Shown: piece after piece, positions 50,975 to 64,000 of the stretch | Numbering within the stretch: the first letter of the stretch is position 1 | Layout: the number at the start of each line of letters is the position of its first letter | Source: Octopus vulgaris | Lineage: Eukaryota | NCBI GenBank assembly: GCA_951406725.2 | Contig: OX597822.1 | Location: forward strand, 110,298,001-110,362,000 | DNA: 64,000 nt | Direction: 5' to 3' | Translations under genes and position numbers: made by a program | The notes under the pieces: model-generated | Told to the model about the DNA's origin: nothing | The model's input: only the letters and a program-made list of their open reading frames with translations | Database searches by the model: none

Positions 50975-51070
50975 ATATGAATGTAAGTATATGCTATATA
51001 TATATATATATACATATATATTATATATGAAAGTGCATCTACACCCACGCAAACACACACACACACATAC
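50540..51070. repeat. Nested tandem duplications of a composite microsatellite block
   Basis: AATATTAATTTAAGTATATGCT x3 and ACATAATATGAATGTAAGTATATGCT x3. Confidence 0.8.
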
Positions 51071-51684
51071 GCACCCCCCCACACACACACACATGGTGAC
51101 AGGAGTGAAAAAATGTTGACCGATTTTAAATGAGAGATATTCAAATGTGATGCGAAAACGTATGTATATAATTTTTAATGGAAAGAAATTCTGCACCGTC
51201 GGATGTCGTTACGTGTATTCCTTGGAGTATACACACACACGTAGCCACATACTTATATCACTGATTGAATTATATAATTGTATGAAATAATTTATAAGGT
51301 GCTGTTTGTGTATGTAAATGCGTCTGTTGTGTTTATGTGTACGTATGTGATGTGTGTGCGTATATGTTGTGTGTGCATATGTGTGTGTTAACATTTGTGT
51401 TCTGCTGCTGCTGCTGCCGAGCTGCTTGTTGAAGTGTTTGGATTTTGCCACCCACTCAGTTATTGTATTTAACCAGATGTTACATGAATCAAACTCTAGA
51501 TCCTAAACCCACACATGCGCACACACAGACGAACAACGAGCGCGCGCAAGCGCACGTAGACATAAACCTTATATAGAATCACATATTATAAATTTACTAA
51601 CAATTTTTTTTTATTTGAAATTCTGAAACGACAAGTAAATATGCGAAAAGAGTTCTGTTTATTAGTGTTGTTACAGTAAACAGT

Positions 51685-52063
51685 GGAGGCGCAATGGCCC
51701 AATGGTTAGGGCAGCGGACTCGCGGTCGTAGGATCGCGGTTTCGATTCCCAGACCGGGCGTTGTGAGTGTTTATTGAGCGAAAACACCTAAAGCTCCACG
51801 ATCTCCGGCAGGGATAATGGTGATCCCTGCTGTACTCTTTCACCACAACTTTCTCTCACTCTTACTTCCTGTTTCTGTTGTACCTGTATTTCAAAGGGCC
51901 GGCCTTGTCACTCTCTGTGTCACGCTGAATATCCCCGAGAACTACGTTAAGAATGCACGTGTCTGTGGAGTGCTCAACCACTTACACGTTCATTTCACAA
52001 GCAGGCTGTTCCGTTGATCGGATCAACCGGAACACTCGTCGTCGTAATAGAAGGAGTGCTTCG
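51685..52063 (+). mobile_element. SINE family B with 12-bp TSD
   Basis: TSD ACAGTAAACAGT at 51673-51684 and 52064-52075. Confidence 0.92.
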
Positions 52064-52177
52064 ACAGTAAACAGTTCCTATATGGAACATTAATGATTCT
52101 TTTTACTGACTCGTAATTGAGTGAGACAAAACTAAATACATTTAATCCGACGTGGTTGTTGTTACTGTTATCGTTGT

Positions 52178-52595
52178 TAAGGTGGCGAGGTGGCACAATC
52201 GTTAGCGCGCTGCACGTTCTGTATTGCCATTACACCTTGTTCGACTTTGCCTTTCATCCTTTCGAGGTCAATAAAATAAGCACAAATTGAACACTGGGGT
52301 CGATGTAATCGATTTACATCCATCACTGAAATTGCTGGCCTTGTGCAAAAATATGAAAGCATTATTATTGTTGCTGTTAAGGTGGCGGGTTGGGGGAGTC
52401 ATTTGCGCGCCGGACAAAATGTTTAGCAGCATTTCGTCCGTCTTTATGTTCTGAGCTTAAATTCCACCGAAAACATCGTTGCTTTTCATCATTTCGCTTT
52501 CGATGAAATAATTACTAGCTGAGGACTTGGGTCAATGTAATCGACTAGCCCCCTCCCCCAATATTAAAGGTTTTGTACCTTTTGTAGAAACAATT
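52178..52595 (+). mobile_element. Two decayed SINE family C-like copies in tandem
   Basis: TAAGGTGGCG heads at about 52178 and 52378. Confidence 0.7.
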
Positions 52596-52692
52596 ATTAT
52601 TGTTGTTGCTGTTTTTGTTTAAAACTCTCTGATTAAACGGATGTATAATCAAATACATTCCAGCCATAATTACGTTTATTTCTGCCAGAATA

Positions 52693-53089
52693 TCTTTATA
52701 TATAAAAGTGAGGTTGTGTGCTGTCTGTCTCCTACGATTTAGATTCCTAACTACTCCCTCATTTTGCGGCGTAGTTTAACCAAAACCGGGTATCTTATAG
52801 TCGTGATTCATATCGAGCCCTTCTGCGTATTAGCACGCGTCTACGATGAGTCTACGATTTTAAATAAAAATTACCATTAATTTTTCCCATTTTTATTGCA
52901 TTTTTGGCATATATAAAGGAAGTAACGCTCTAAACATTTATTATTAAATCTCAGGACGTAAAAAGCTACAGTAACACCCCCACCTTTGTGGTTAGCCATA
53001 TTGAGATGGCTATTATAATTTACATCTCTAAAAATGCTTATATAGTTATTTCCCTTACAAACCCGATCAACGCCGGGCGATACTGCTAG
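52693..53089 (+). mobile_element. Non-autonomous Helitron, same family, variant interior
   Basis: A|TC...CCCGATCAACGCCGGG...CTAG|T. Confidence 0.9.
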
Positions 53090-53590
53090 TTTTAACTAAA
53101 ACATTGCTAATTCTCAGATGCGGCACGGAGTTTTGTCAGTCAACAGGTCGCGGTCTCAAAGCGACGAAAATACTTTGACAAATTAAATTTAAATGGTGAA
53201 GTGAATCTAACGGTTTTTATGTGTTTCGTAAATGGCTTATAAACACCTTCACGCTGCAATTGCTAATTTATCAATTATTTAGTAAGGTATTAAGGTGTGT
53301 TTTGAAGGAGATTTTGCTGCTTATATTTACTTTGCGTCGTGATGGGATGTGATGTTTATGCCTTTATAAAGAGTCATTCACATAAAACTGCCCATCTTGA
53401 AGAAATCGAAGCCCAACTGATGACTGTACGAGGGAAACGTTTCTGTTGCTTAATATAATTAAGGATAAATTATATTAGGAAGCGAAAGTGCGTCCCTCTT
53501 TACGTAGTGACTCTTGTTAAAAATAACAGCCAAATCACACGCAAACACATTGTAAAATGTTGCATCTATTATCATATACTTATTAACGTT

Positions 53591-53965
53591 GGCGCAATGG
53601 CCCAGTGGTTAGGGCAGCGGACTCGCGGTCGTAGGATCGCGGTTTCAATTCCGAGACCGGGCATTGTGAGTGTTTATTGAGCAAAAACGCCTAAAGCTTC
53701 ACAAGGCTCCGATAAGTGGGGCGAACCCTGCTGTACTCTTTCACCACAACTTTCTCTCACTCTTTCTTTCTGTTTCTGTTGTACCTGTATTTCAAAGGGC
53801 CAGCCTTGTTACACTCTGTGTCACACTGAATCTCCTCCAGAACTACGTTAAGGATACACGTGTCTGTGGAATGCTCAGCCACTTGCACGTTAATTCCACG
53901 AGCAAGCTGTTCCGTTGATCGTATCAGCTGGGACCCTCATCGTCGTAACCGACGGAGTGCTCCCT
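53591..53965 (+). mobile_element. SINE family B with TSD
   Basis: ATTAACGTTGG on both flanks. Confidence 0.9.
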
Positions 53966-55404
53966 AATTAACGTTGGACATGCCAGATATGATATTCTAT
54001 ATTATGATTTATTGTAAAAGATGGGATAGTCACAGCTGGAACGTCATTCATGCTTGGTGTACTTCATTAAGGTTGACCCGAGGCTATACAGCAACAATGA
54101 TTTCAGCCGAATTTTCATTAATATTGTAAGACATTTAAAATTGATTTATTACACAATTTTATTAATTTATTTTATTGTTTAATTTAAAATACGCAGAAAA
54201 ATATTTTACAATATAAAAAAAATAATAATAACAGCCTGTCTTGAAACATAAAACAACAAAAACAATTTCATTAAGTGCGTATTTTCGTGTTGCTACTTTG
54301 AATCTGTAATTGCGATCTGAACTTATACAATTACCACTGGAAAAATAAAATTCTTATTAGATTTTCAAAAAAAAATTCACTTAATTGATTTTGTTTTTGG
54401 ATTTCCTGTTTGTTTCTCATGCTCGTTATTTATGTGACATTTGTCTATTTTGTCTGTTGTCTTTAAGTTACTGTGGCTTCATGTATGTAACTTGAGGAGA
54501 ATTGGGTTAAAGAACAGCGTATAAATGTCTAATTCCTTTTTAGCTAGAACTGTTTTGAAGTGAATTATGAACTCAAACGTTTCAAAGAAGTGACCCGAGT
54601 TTAAATATCTGTTTCAGCTATTTATAGGAAAACAGTTTTAGCTGGAATCCTAATATTTGTTTTATAATTTATAAAAACCAACGTAAATTTAGCTAGTTAT
54701 TTTTAGTTGGCCAAGATAAGAGCAATTATTTGCTAATTTTCCCAATTTACCCCTACTTAACTTTCAATCAATAATGTTCATAGTTTAAAAAATGTTTATA
54801 TTTACATTAGATTTCCATATTTATAGAAGGAAATAGATAGATACAATCAAATGGATGCATAAATGTATACACATCAAACAGAAACATATGCACACGCACA
54901 CAGACACATAGATATGTGTGTATCTGCAAACAGGGTGTATACATCGACAGAAAATAGATAATTTTAATACATTTTATTCTTTATTTAGTGTTTTCTTTTA
55001 AAATGAATATATTTTTGCTCTCAATTTTGAAAGCATTTTTGTTCTTTTCATAGAACAATGATTCTTTTTAATAGCTTGCATTTTTAAATATGTTGTCTAC
55101 AATATTTGTTCTCGGCTACAATGGAAGATTATTTATTCCATCACCATGAAAGCTAAACTGTTAAGCTATAATCAGCTTCTGATTGATCTTCTAATTGGCT
55201 TTACGTCCAGAATGGTATATGGCAATTCCTTACCTGCAATCGTTGAATTTTATGTAAAATAAACTGTTGTATAATAGCCATGATACCATTAGAAAGCTGT
55301 CAAAGACTATTAACAACTCTAGTCTGAAACTGCATTTTGTTATAGAGACTTCCTGTGACATTCCCTCAGTTTTTTGGATTTTTTGCTGTGAACATTCCCA
55401 ATCA

Positions 55405-56340
55405 CTAGCCATTAATTTGACGTCAGCAATCGTAGTAATAAGCCCATTAATTCGACGTCAGCATTCCTTGCTTTGAGCCATGATTTGACGTCAACATTCT
55501 TGTCTTTGAGCCATTAACTTGACTTCAGGATTCCTAGGTATTTCACCATTAATTCGACGTTATCATACCTAGTTATTGCGCTATGAATTTACTTTCAGCA
55601 TTTCTTATCACTGAGCCATTACTTTGATGTCAGCATTCTTATTTCTTTACTACCCACAACGGGCTAAATACAGAGGGGACAAACAACGACAGACAAACGG
55701 ATTAAGTCGATTATATAGACCCCAGTGCGTAACTGGTACTTATTTAATCGACTCCGAAAGGATGAAAGGCAAAGTCGACCTCGGCGGAATTTGAACTCAG
55801 AACGTAGCGGCAGGCGAAATACCTATTTCTTTACTACCCACAAGAGGTTAAACACAGAGGGGACAAACAAGGACAGACAAACGGATTAAGTCGATTATAT
55901 CGACCCCAGTGCGTAAATGGTACTTATTTAATCGACTCCGAAAGGATGAAAGGCAAAGTCGACCTCGGCGAAATTTGAACTCAGAACATAGTGGCAGACG
56001 AAATACCGCTAAGCATTTCGCCCGGCGTGCTAACGTTTCTGCCAGCTCACCACCTTTGATGTCAGCATTCTTAGTTATCATTGTGTTATTAATTTGACCC
56101 CAGTAATCCTTATCCTTGAGTCACAAACTCAACGTAATTATTCCTAATCTCTGCGCCATGAATTTGACGTCAGCATTCTTTGTCTTGGCCTATTAATTTG
56201 ATGTCAGCATTTTGTGTACTGGGCAATTTATTAGTTGTCAGCATTCCTTGCCTTGTGTTATTAATTTGACACCAGGATTCCTTGTAACTAAGCCATTTGT
56301 TTGACTTCCGTATTCGTAGTCGTTGAGCCATTAATTTTAC
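55405..56340. repeat. Degenerate 35-bp minisatellite interrupted by a SINE dimer
   Basis: Consensus near GAGCCATTAATTTGACGTCAGCATTCCTTG; roughly 15 units. Confidence 0.8.
55641..56053 (-). mobile_element. SINE family C head plus two 184-bp units with 19-bp TSD
   Basis: TSD TTTGATGTCAGCATTCTTA on both flanks; same internal junction as the 4.3-5.8 kb array. Confidence 0.9.
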
Positions 56341-57764
56341 TATACACTGTTCTCGCTGTACAGCGGGGTGTAGACTTAGTTGTAGACATAGACTTAGTCA
56401 CATCTATGTACGACAATCGAAATTTTCTCAAGCATGTCCTCTGCATGAACCACATATAGTTAAGAGCAGCATATTGTTATACTGAATGTAGAATAACTAA
56501 AATAGATTTTAATTAATAAGAGTTAAAACACTGAAACGAAAAGTCATTAGCGATAACGAAAATTATTCTATGAAACGGTGAGAGAAATTTTGATATTTCA
56601 CGCAGCCAAAATTTAGTTTCTTCTCTTAAGGGTTGGAATCTCAGTTTATTTAAAATTATTTTTGACTCGCCTACTACATGTAACTGCATCTATATATGAT
56701 GCTTTGTAATTTAAAACTCAAACTTATTTATTTAGAACTCAAATTTGTTTATATTGCACAGGGATTGCTATAAAACATCATTTACAGGCAATTTGTTCTG
56801 TGGTTTAACATATTGTCCACATAGGTATATAAAATAACAACCGGAGGGCCTCCACTATATCATGTGAACAGACGTGATACTTCATGTAGTCTCTTGACCA
56901 CCTAGAAGTAGTATTTAGATAGCCATCAAAATTGAGCCCACCGTCTTCACACAGGAAGAGCAATGTGAACAGTATAATATTAGATAAAGGAAAAAAGGCG
57001 AAATGGTTATGAAAGCATCACATGTGATCATGATCATATTTATTTTTAATCATGGCCCGATTTGACTAAGCAACAGATTATAAAACTACTGGTAATAATA
57101 ATATTATTGGTTTTTTTTTATATATTTTGGGAACAACGCTAATAATTTTGCAGGGAGAGGTAAGTCGATATTACGCGATCCCAGTACTTGACTGGTACTT
57201 TATTTCATCAGCTTCGAAGCGATGAAAGGCAAAGCTGAGCTAAGCGGGAGACGAACTCAGGCCGTAATGATCCGGAAAAGACACTGCAATAAATTTTTTC
57301 CCAACGCACTAACATGTTTCCCAATCAGCTTCCGAGACAGCTTTGATTTAAAAATAGTCGGAAGAATATAATTGAAATTGCCACAATTTGAATTATTACA
57401 GAACTTTTGTTTAGATTCATTTATTAGATTTAATAAGTATTTCTTATACTTTGGTATGGCGCTGGCTCCTTTCTTCTTTTGCCATTTGTTAACATTTCAC
57501 TTCATTGACAAACTATGTAATCTATTATACGCTTCAACAATTAGTTCATTGCACAGATAAAACGGAATGTTAAAAATCAGTTAAGCGGGATGACTTTAAG
57601 ATGGTTTCTACAGAGTTGATAAAATATTGGGCTGCATAATATACTGATAAAAATAGGTTTCTTTTGATTGTAGCAACATGATATAAATATATTTTGATTA
57701 TGCTCAAATATAGTGTTTAGAAATAGATATATAAAGTTCACTGAATCTACTTCAATATATTAAT

Positions 57765-57872
57765 CATACATACATACATACATACATACATACATACATA
57801 CATACATACATACATACATACATACATACATACATACATACATACATACATACATACATACATACATACATA
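57765..57872. repeat. (CATA)n microsatellite
   Basis: Direct. Confidence 0.95.
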
Positions 57873-58404
57873 ATTAACCACAAAGAGATAAAATTCAAAA
57901 ATCAACTCTGATGGGATTTGAACTTAAGAAGAAGGAAATTAAATGATGTAAAATAGTTAATTTGATATTCTATCGTTTCTGCTGGAAGAATATTGTATTG
58001 ATTTGTTTTGATCACGTACTAAGCAAATACACATAGTATCGATCCTGATATTCAATCAGTGCTAGTCTGAAATGGTTAGAAGCAGAGTGCAATATTAAAA
58101 TACAGAATGTAGAAAAATGAAATTCAATAGCACAAGGCGTTATTTGAGTGCTGTAGTGTTTTTGACAATACTCCGTTCTGAATATTGATACTATAAAGCA
58201 TGCCAGAGCAATCGTTACAATAAAAATGCAAAAACTAGAATTTTGTTTCACTCGTATTGTTGATATACGGCGAAAACTAAAATTGTATGAAGTCAACTAT
58301 TTCACTAACAATGCCCATGAATAAGAAATGATGTACTTAGTAGTAACAAACTGATTATATATTTAAATCTGAGAACTAATTCTAAATATATCCACAACAT
58401 TTAT

Positions 58405-58639
58405 TATTTCTTTATTGCCCACAAGGGGTTAAGCACAGGGAGGACAAACAAGGACAGACAAACGGATTAAGTTGATTATATCGACCCCCAGTGCGTAACT
58501 GGTACTTATTTAATCGACCCCGAAAGGATGAAAAGCAAAGTCGACCTCTGCGGAATTTGAACTCAGAACGTAGCGGCAGACGAAATACAGCTACGCATTT
58601 CGCCCGGCTTGCTAACGTTTCTGCCAGCTCGCCGCCTTA
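58405..58639 (-). mobile_element. Full-length SINE family C monomer
   Basis: Matches the 48922 copy. Confidence 0.9.
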
Positions 58640-59563
58640 TTTTAGAAAAAAAAACAAAAAAAAAACAAACGTAAATAGATGGTAACTTTTCTCTTATTGT
58701 TCAGCATTAGAGGAAGGAGCGTGTACTCATGATTTCCGGTGATTCTGTCGCTGGTAACATTCTGTTTAAACTGTTGCAAGTAGGCAGGTGCAACAGGCGC
58801 AGAACTGGGTGTTAGACGTAAAATGGGGGGGGGGTGCGAAAGACGTTGGTCTGAGATGAGACGTGAGAGCAACCAGATCCGAGAAGCATGGACCACTGTA
58901 GTCAAGGTAGAAAAATAAATGGTAAGGGTCGACTAGTACTTTGTAAACTTAAAGTTGATGTCAGTCAGACTAGTAGCTTGCGGTTTAGGAATCTCTGCTT
59001 GTACCAGTAGGCCCATCCTGTTTCTAGGAGTACTGTTCCATTTTGACTCTCATAAGAGATTTGTAGAGAGTGAGAAGTTAATTTAGCTATGAATGCTAAA
59101 TGAAAAAATGATACTATAGATATATTTTTTTGGTGATCTTTCTTTACGGTGGATAGCAGTGAACTTTCCCTGCGGTGAATTGATGGCGGAGAACTTACCT
59201 GTAATTAGTTCATGTGCCTTGAGGTTTCCCGTTCGCCAGGTCAGATCCTCAGTGATGATGGTAAGGTGTAACATTGTGGAGATCGTGCGAGGTTTACTTT
59301 CCTACAGTCCATATTTAAGGTAAGGTTCAACAACGTTTTCTTCACATGCACACACACACACACATATAAACACACACACACACATATAAACACACACACA
59401 CACACATAAACACACACACATAAACACACACACATAAACACACACACATAAACACACACACACACACACTCACACACACACAGAGAGAAAGAGTTATTGA
59501 AGATTTTTAGAAGGAATAAGTGAGAGCTCTGCAATACACTGTTTGAGAGTAATGGAAGAGATA

Positions 59564-60363
59564 CGAGGGTAGGTTGAAAAGTTCATAGGCTGACCAAGAC
59601 ACTCTGATGGAATGTGACCAAATGAAATTTATTTTTCAACATAGTTCCATTTGCGGTCCACACACACACACACACATACACACACACACACATACAACAC
59701 TTCTATCTGTGTTGCAGTGCTTCGATCCAATTAGTGAAAACCTTTCTTCCTCTTGGTAAGAAAAATGTCATCAACAGCAGATATGATGTCACCATCATTG
59801 TGATGCTGATTCCGAACCAAGTGTTTTTTCATGTTAGCGAACAGATGGTAGTCAGATGGGGGCCAAATCAGGTGGATAGGGATGACGATCGACCAATTCA
59901 AAGCCACAGTCACACCAACCATTGAAACCAAGGACTTGTATGCCAGAGAATTGTATTGATGAAACAAGACCCCTTTCATCAGTTGTTCTGAGAGTTTGGT
60001 CTTCATAGCCATTCGTAATTGCCTCACTAAGTTGGCATGGTAATCTCCTCTGATGGAGTAGCCCTTTTGAAGATAGTTAATAAACACAATGCCTTTTGCA
60101 TCCCCAAAAACGGAAGCCATCATCTTCTCTGCAGATGAAACGACCTTGCCCTTCTTTGGAGCAGGCGAAGAGGAGAGTCTCCACTGCATAGATTGCCTCC
60201 TTGTCTGTGGCTCATAGTGATGAAACCAACACTCATCCTGGCTTATCAAACGTTCAAGGAAACCATTTGGATCTGCATCAAACAACGTCAGATTTACCCG
60301 TGTTGTTATCAGCCTGGTGCACTTTTCCTCAAGTGTCAGAAGACGCGGCAGCCAATGAGCAGA
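59564..60363 (-). mobile_element. Mariner transposon, same family as 47022, 5'-truncated
   Basis: TA-CGAGGGTAGGTTGAAAAG TIR; WLPRLLT, QDECWFHHYEPQ, PSDYHLF. Confidence 0.9.
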
Positions 60364-60364
60364 A

Positions 60365-61740
60365 CCAACCATGTCGATAGACCTGCCAAGAGGAAAGTAG
60401 CAGTACAAAAAGAGATCGAATCTCTGCGGGCAGATGTATCAGTTCTCGACGAGCTTGCTAGAGGAGTAAAAGCTAAGACGAAACGAGCTAGAAAAATTAA
60501 GCAAAAATACAAAAGCAGTGATTTTATAACACCCCCCCTACAACTAAGGAACAATTGAAACAACGAATACAACCGAAATTCCAACAGCTTAGAAGATATG
60601 ACAAAAGAATCAAATTTTATCGACAAAACAAGATAATCAAGACGAATGCAAAGAGATTTTATAGGGAAATTGAACAACATACCTTCTATGAACAACATAA
60701 TATCTACCAAAAACTGAAGACACAAAAATCCAAAGAACTACCGACCAATAACATGCTTCAACACTACCTACAAGATCCTCACATCCATATTAACTAACAG
60801 GATATACACTTTCCTTGAACTGAGATCTATTCTCCTACAAGCTCAAAAGAGCTGTAAAAGGAATTCTTATGGGTGCAAAGATCAATTACTCATAAGTAAA
60901 ATGATTGTAGAGAATTGCCGGAACAACAAGAAGAACGTGAGTATGGCATGGATGGACTACAGGAAAGCGTTTGATAGTCTCCCACATAATTGGATACAAA
61001 AGGCCCTTGAAATATATAAGATCTCTACTATCATCTGCAAATTATTTTAAGGTAGCATCTTTTCGAGGCATCTTTCAAGGTGACTCCTTCTCCTCATTAC
61101 TCTTTTGTATGGTACTGATCCCACTCTCAAACGAACTAAATAACACCAGGTACGAGTTCAAAGTTTACAATACGACAATAAACCATCTAATTGATATGGA
61201 CACTCTGAAGCTGTTTGTTAGAAATGACGAAGAGCTAGTGGGGCTGCTTACAACTGTTAAGGAATTCAGTAATGACATCGGGATGGACTTTGGCCTTGAT
61301 AAGTGTGCTAAAGCAACTTTTGTAAGAGGCAAGCTCAGCAAACAGCTTCCATTAAATTAGATACCGACACTAACATCAAGGACCTTGACCAACAATAAAA
61401 TTACAAATACCTAGGAATAAACGAAGGAGATGGTATACAACATGCTACTATGAAGGAGAAAATAAGAAAGGAATATTACAGGAGAATAAGACTCATTTTA
61501 AAAACTGAACTAAATTCTAAAAATCGCTTCGAAGCACTCCCAGTAGTCCAATATAGTTTTAACATCATTAGCTGAAATCTTACGGAGCTCCAGCGTCTGG
61601 ACAGGAAAACAAGAATAATACTGACTTCTAAGAACATGCACCACCCAAAAACAGATGTTGATCGTCTGTACCTACCTAAAATTAATTGATGAAGAGGAAT
61701 GATGCAGGTAGAACTGTGCTATAAGACCGCTGCAATAGCA
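60365..61740 (+). mobile_element. Decayed R4/Dong-like LINE RT region with internal deletions
   Basis: GCKDQLLI, AWMDYRKAFDSLPH, RGIFQGDSFS, INHLIDMDTLKLF, FGLDKC. Confidence 0.9.
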
Positions 61741-61925
61741 AATGGGCTGCTCGACCTGAAGAAAGTTCCAACTAGGCCTGCAAGGTCATGTGATGTTTAT
61801 CTTGATATGAAATCACCATGCTGTGCACATAAGGTTATGATGCATGTGGCTGGTGTACCCTTATCAGACTTCATATATTTGTACCCCTGTGCCACTTTGA
61901 TAGCGTGCTTTACTCTCTCACTCAG
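61740..61925 (+). mobile_element. Family D 3' segment fused to the LINE fragment
   Basis: Matches 30060-30272. Confidence 0.75.
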
Positions 61926-61939
61926 TAACAACAATAGCA

Positions 61940-62882
61940 AAAACAACCATTCCACAGAGAAATCATCGGGAAGGAGAAAACAACCGTTGAAGACCTCCCT
62001 TCCATAGAAGAAGTTAAAAACTTTTGGAAAAATATTTGGAGTGATGAAAAATCATACGATGAAAACATGCAGACTGGATTAGACGCAGAGAAAGACTCTA
62101 CTAAACATTAAGCAGAACAAGTATAGGAATACATCACAACAACTGATCAAAAGATGACTCTCTCGCAGGCTCATAAGTGGAAATCATCTGGTAACTTCTG
62201 GTTCACATCGCTCGCGTGCGCAGATGGAAAGTTGTTCAATGAAATTATGAGAGATTCTAAGAAAACATCTGATTTGTTAGCAAGTGATATTCCTTACCTA
62301 CTTACAAAGAATAACGAAACCAAATTTCTTCAAAACTATCGGCCTGTAACCTGTCTATCTACCTAGTATTCAATTTTAACATTCATCCTAGGGGAGAAAA
62401 CACATGCAGTTGAAACGGAACGATAATTTCTCAACTGAACAAAAAGGGTGCTGACGGGGCTCATTTGGGTGCAAAGATCAACTCCTAATAAATCGCCTGA
62501 TACTTGGTATCTGTTATAACAAACGCAGGAATCTCAATTCCGCATGGATTGATTATAAAACGGCCTTTGACAGCATACCTCTTTCATGGATCTTGAAATC
62601 GCTGGATATCTTCGAAATTTCTCATGTGATTTCAAACTTTCTCAAGTACATATCAGTGTTGAATATGAATCTCTAATTATACCACACTAAGGGAGTTCTG
62701 ACTGAAATCAATATTAATATCAACTGTGGCATTCACTGATGACATCGGGATGGAATTTGGTCTTGATAAATTTGTTAAGGCCACTCTCCAGAAAGGGAAA
62801 TTGAAAACCTCATATTCAGTGGTGTTAGATGATGACACAGTTATAAGAGAACTTGAGCAGGAACAAACTTACAAATACCTAT
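61940..62882 (+). mobile_element. Second decayed R4/Dong-like RT fragment
   Basis: NYRPVTCLST, GCKDQLLIN, WIDYKTAFDSIP, FGLDKF, YKYL. Confidence 0.88.
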
Positions 62883-62935
<53 letters not shown>

Positions 62936-62970
62936 GTACTAGTACTACAACAACAACAACAACAACAACA

Positions 62971-63024
<54 letters not shown>
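62880..63024. repeat. (TAC)n/(CAA)n microsatellite
   Basis: Direct. Confidence 0.95.
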
Positions 63025-63549
63025 GTACGATCAGTCGATACAGTTTCCATGAGACTGGAAAGATCGGTGAAGATGAGGATTGAAGTCAATATAACATTAC
63101 ACAAGAAGTTTGTTCATTAGGGCCAGGGAGAATCGTAAGAAAGTTCATATGTATCTGAATTCAGAGGAAGAGGCTTGGTACCAAGTAAGTGCACAAGTTA
63201 AGTCACATATGCAAAACTGTATTTAAAAAAAGACAATAATTAATGATGATGATGATGACGGCGACGACAATGATGACGACAATGATGATGAGGATAAACA
63301 TAATTTAAATCTCCGCTGAGAATTGATAAAGTAAAAGTAATAAAACATCATGCCGTAAAAAAAATAATCTTTCCAGCATCGATGACATATCTTATAAAAA
63401 CACCTAAAATTTCTGTTTTGATTAACTGTTTATTTTAGATCTAAGGAAATTGATATAACATATAAAAATAAAGTTTTGACAAATCTGTCGAGAATATATA
63501 GAAGGAAAAGCAGTTATGGTTTTCTAAAAAGATATATACATATTTGAAA

Positions 63550-63930
63550 CACTGTAGACATGATTGCAGATGTTGAACTACTGCTAAAATACCTGGAACA
63601 TTATTGATCTGCTAGAATAATATTGATATATACTTAGAGAACCATCATGAACTACATGTGGAACAAGTTTGTCCAATCACCAACATTCATGTATTGATAA
63701 TTTTTCTTTGCATCCCATTTCTTACTTTGGCAATGATCGTTGATTCTGTGAACTAGATGATGACACTCTACCGTCTACTCAGCCCATTCAATACCCCGTC
63801 CGACATACTCTCATTATGCTGATTGCCTTTCAGCCCGGATCTTAAACTGAACACGAAGCTAATTTCTTTTCCCACCAAAGTAAGCATCTTTTATTCCATC
63901 GTTGCCTATGATTTTTCTACAGACATCGAG
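63550..63930 (-). pseudogene. Possible decayed hAT transposase remnant
   Basis: Faint motifs (MS.G..NGL, LVIGQTC, YFSSS) in hAT-like order; heavily disrupted. Confidence 0.2.
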
Positions 63931-64000
63931 TTTACATATTCAAATTGAATATGAACAACATTTTCAGTAATTAGAGAGTGCCCCTCTTTCTCCGAAATAT

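Noticed and set aside
51205-51250. Resemblance to miR-137
   Set aside because: Only about 11 nt match, no seed, poor precursor hairpin.
51685-51755. tRNA gene
   Set aside because: The tRNA-like head continues into a SINE body with a TSD; same for the other copies.
53415-53450. Hammerhead-like CTGATGA...GAAACGTT
   Set aside because: Stems I and II do not pair convincingly.
55405-56340. CRISPR-like repeat/spacer pattern
   Set aside because: The variable part is short and homologous between units; no cas genes; eukaryotic context.

Overview
Eukaryotic, AT-rich, repeat-saturated non-genic DNA. The SINE families and the (TA)n/(TACA)n/(ATT)n load suggest an octopus genome (inference from family resemblance, not a database hit). 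I find no intact host protein-coding gene; almost all long ORFs are microsatellite artefacts or transposon debris. Contents: several tRNA-derived SINE families (some with clear TSDs, one expanded into an 8 x 184-bp array), R4/Dong-like RLE LINE fragments stacked in (TAA)n arrays, Penelope-like (PLE) RT and GIY-YIG remnants, three non-autonomous Helitrons (one with an empty paralogous site in the window), mariner/Tc1 and MULE remnants, a Gypsy 3' end with PPT and LTR, and weaker DIRS-like, Polinton-protease-like and hAT-like relics. The most interesting signal is a set of short non-coding elements, mostly flanked by (TA)n or (TACA)n, carrying minimal type I hammerhead ribozyme motifs. One has a canonical core, two tandem pairs share a non-canonical CUGU(A/U)GA core, and one has a U3/A8 variant core. 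Three fold-back palindromes, two tied to these motifs, point to a PLE-mobilised, retrozyme-like system. Coordinates of decayed elements are approximate.
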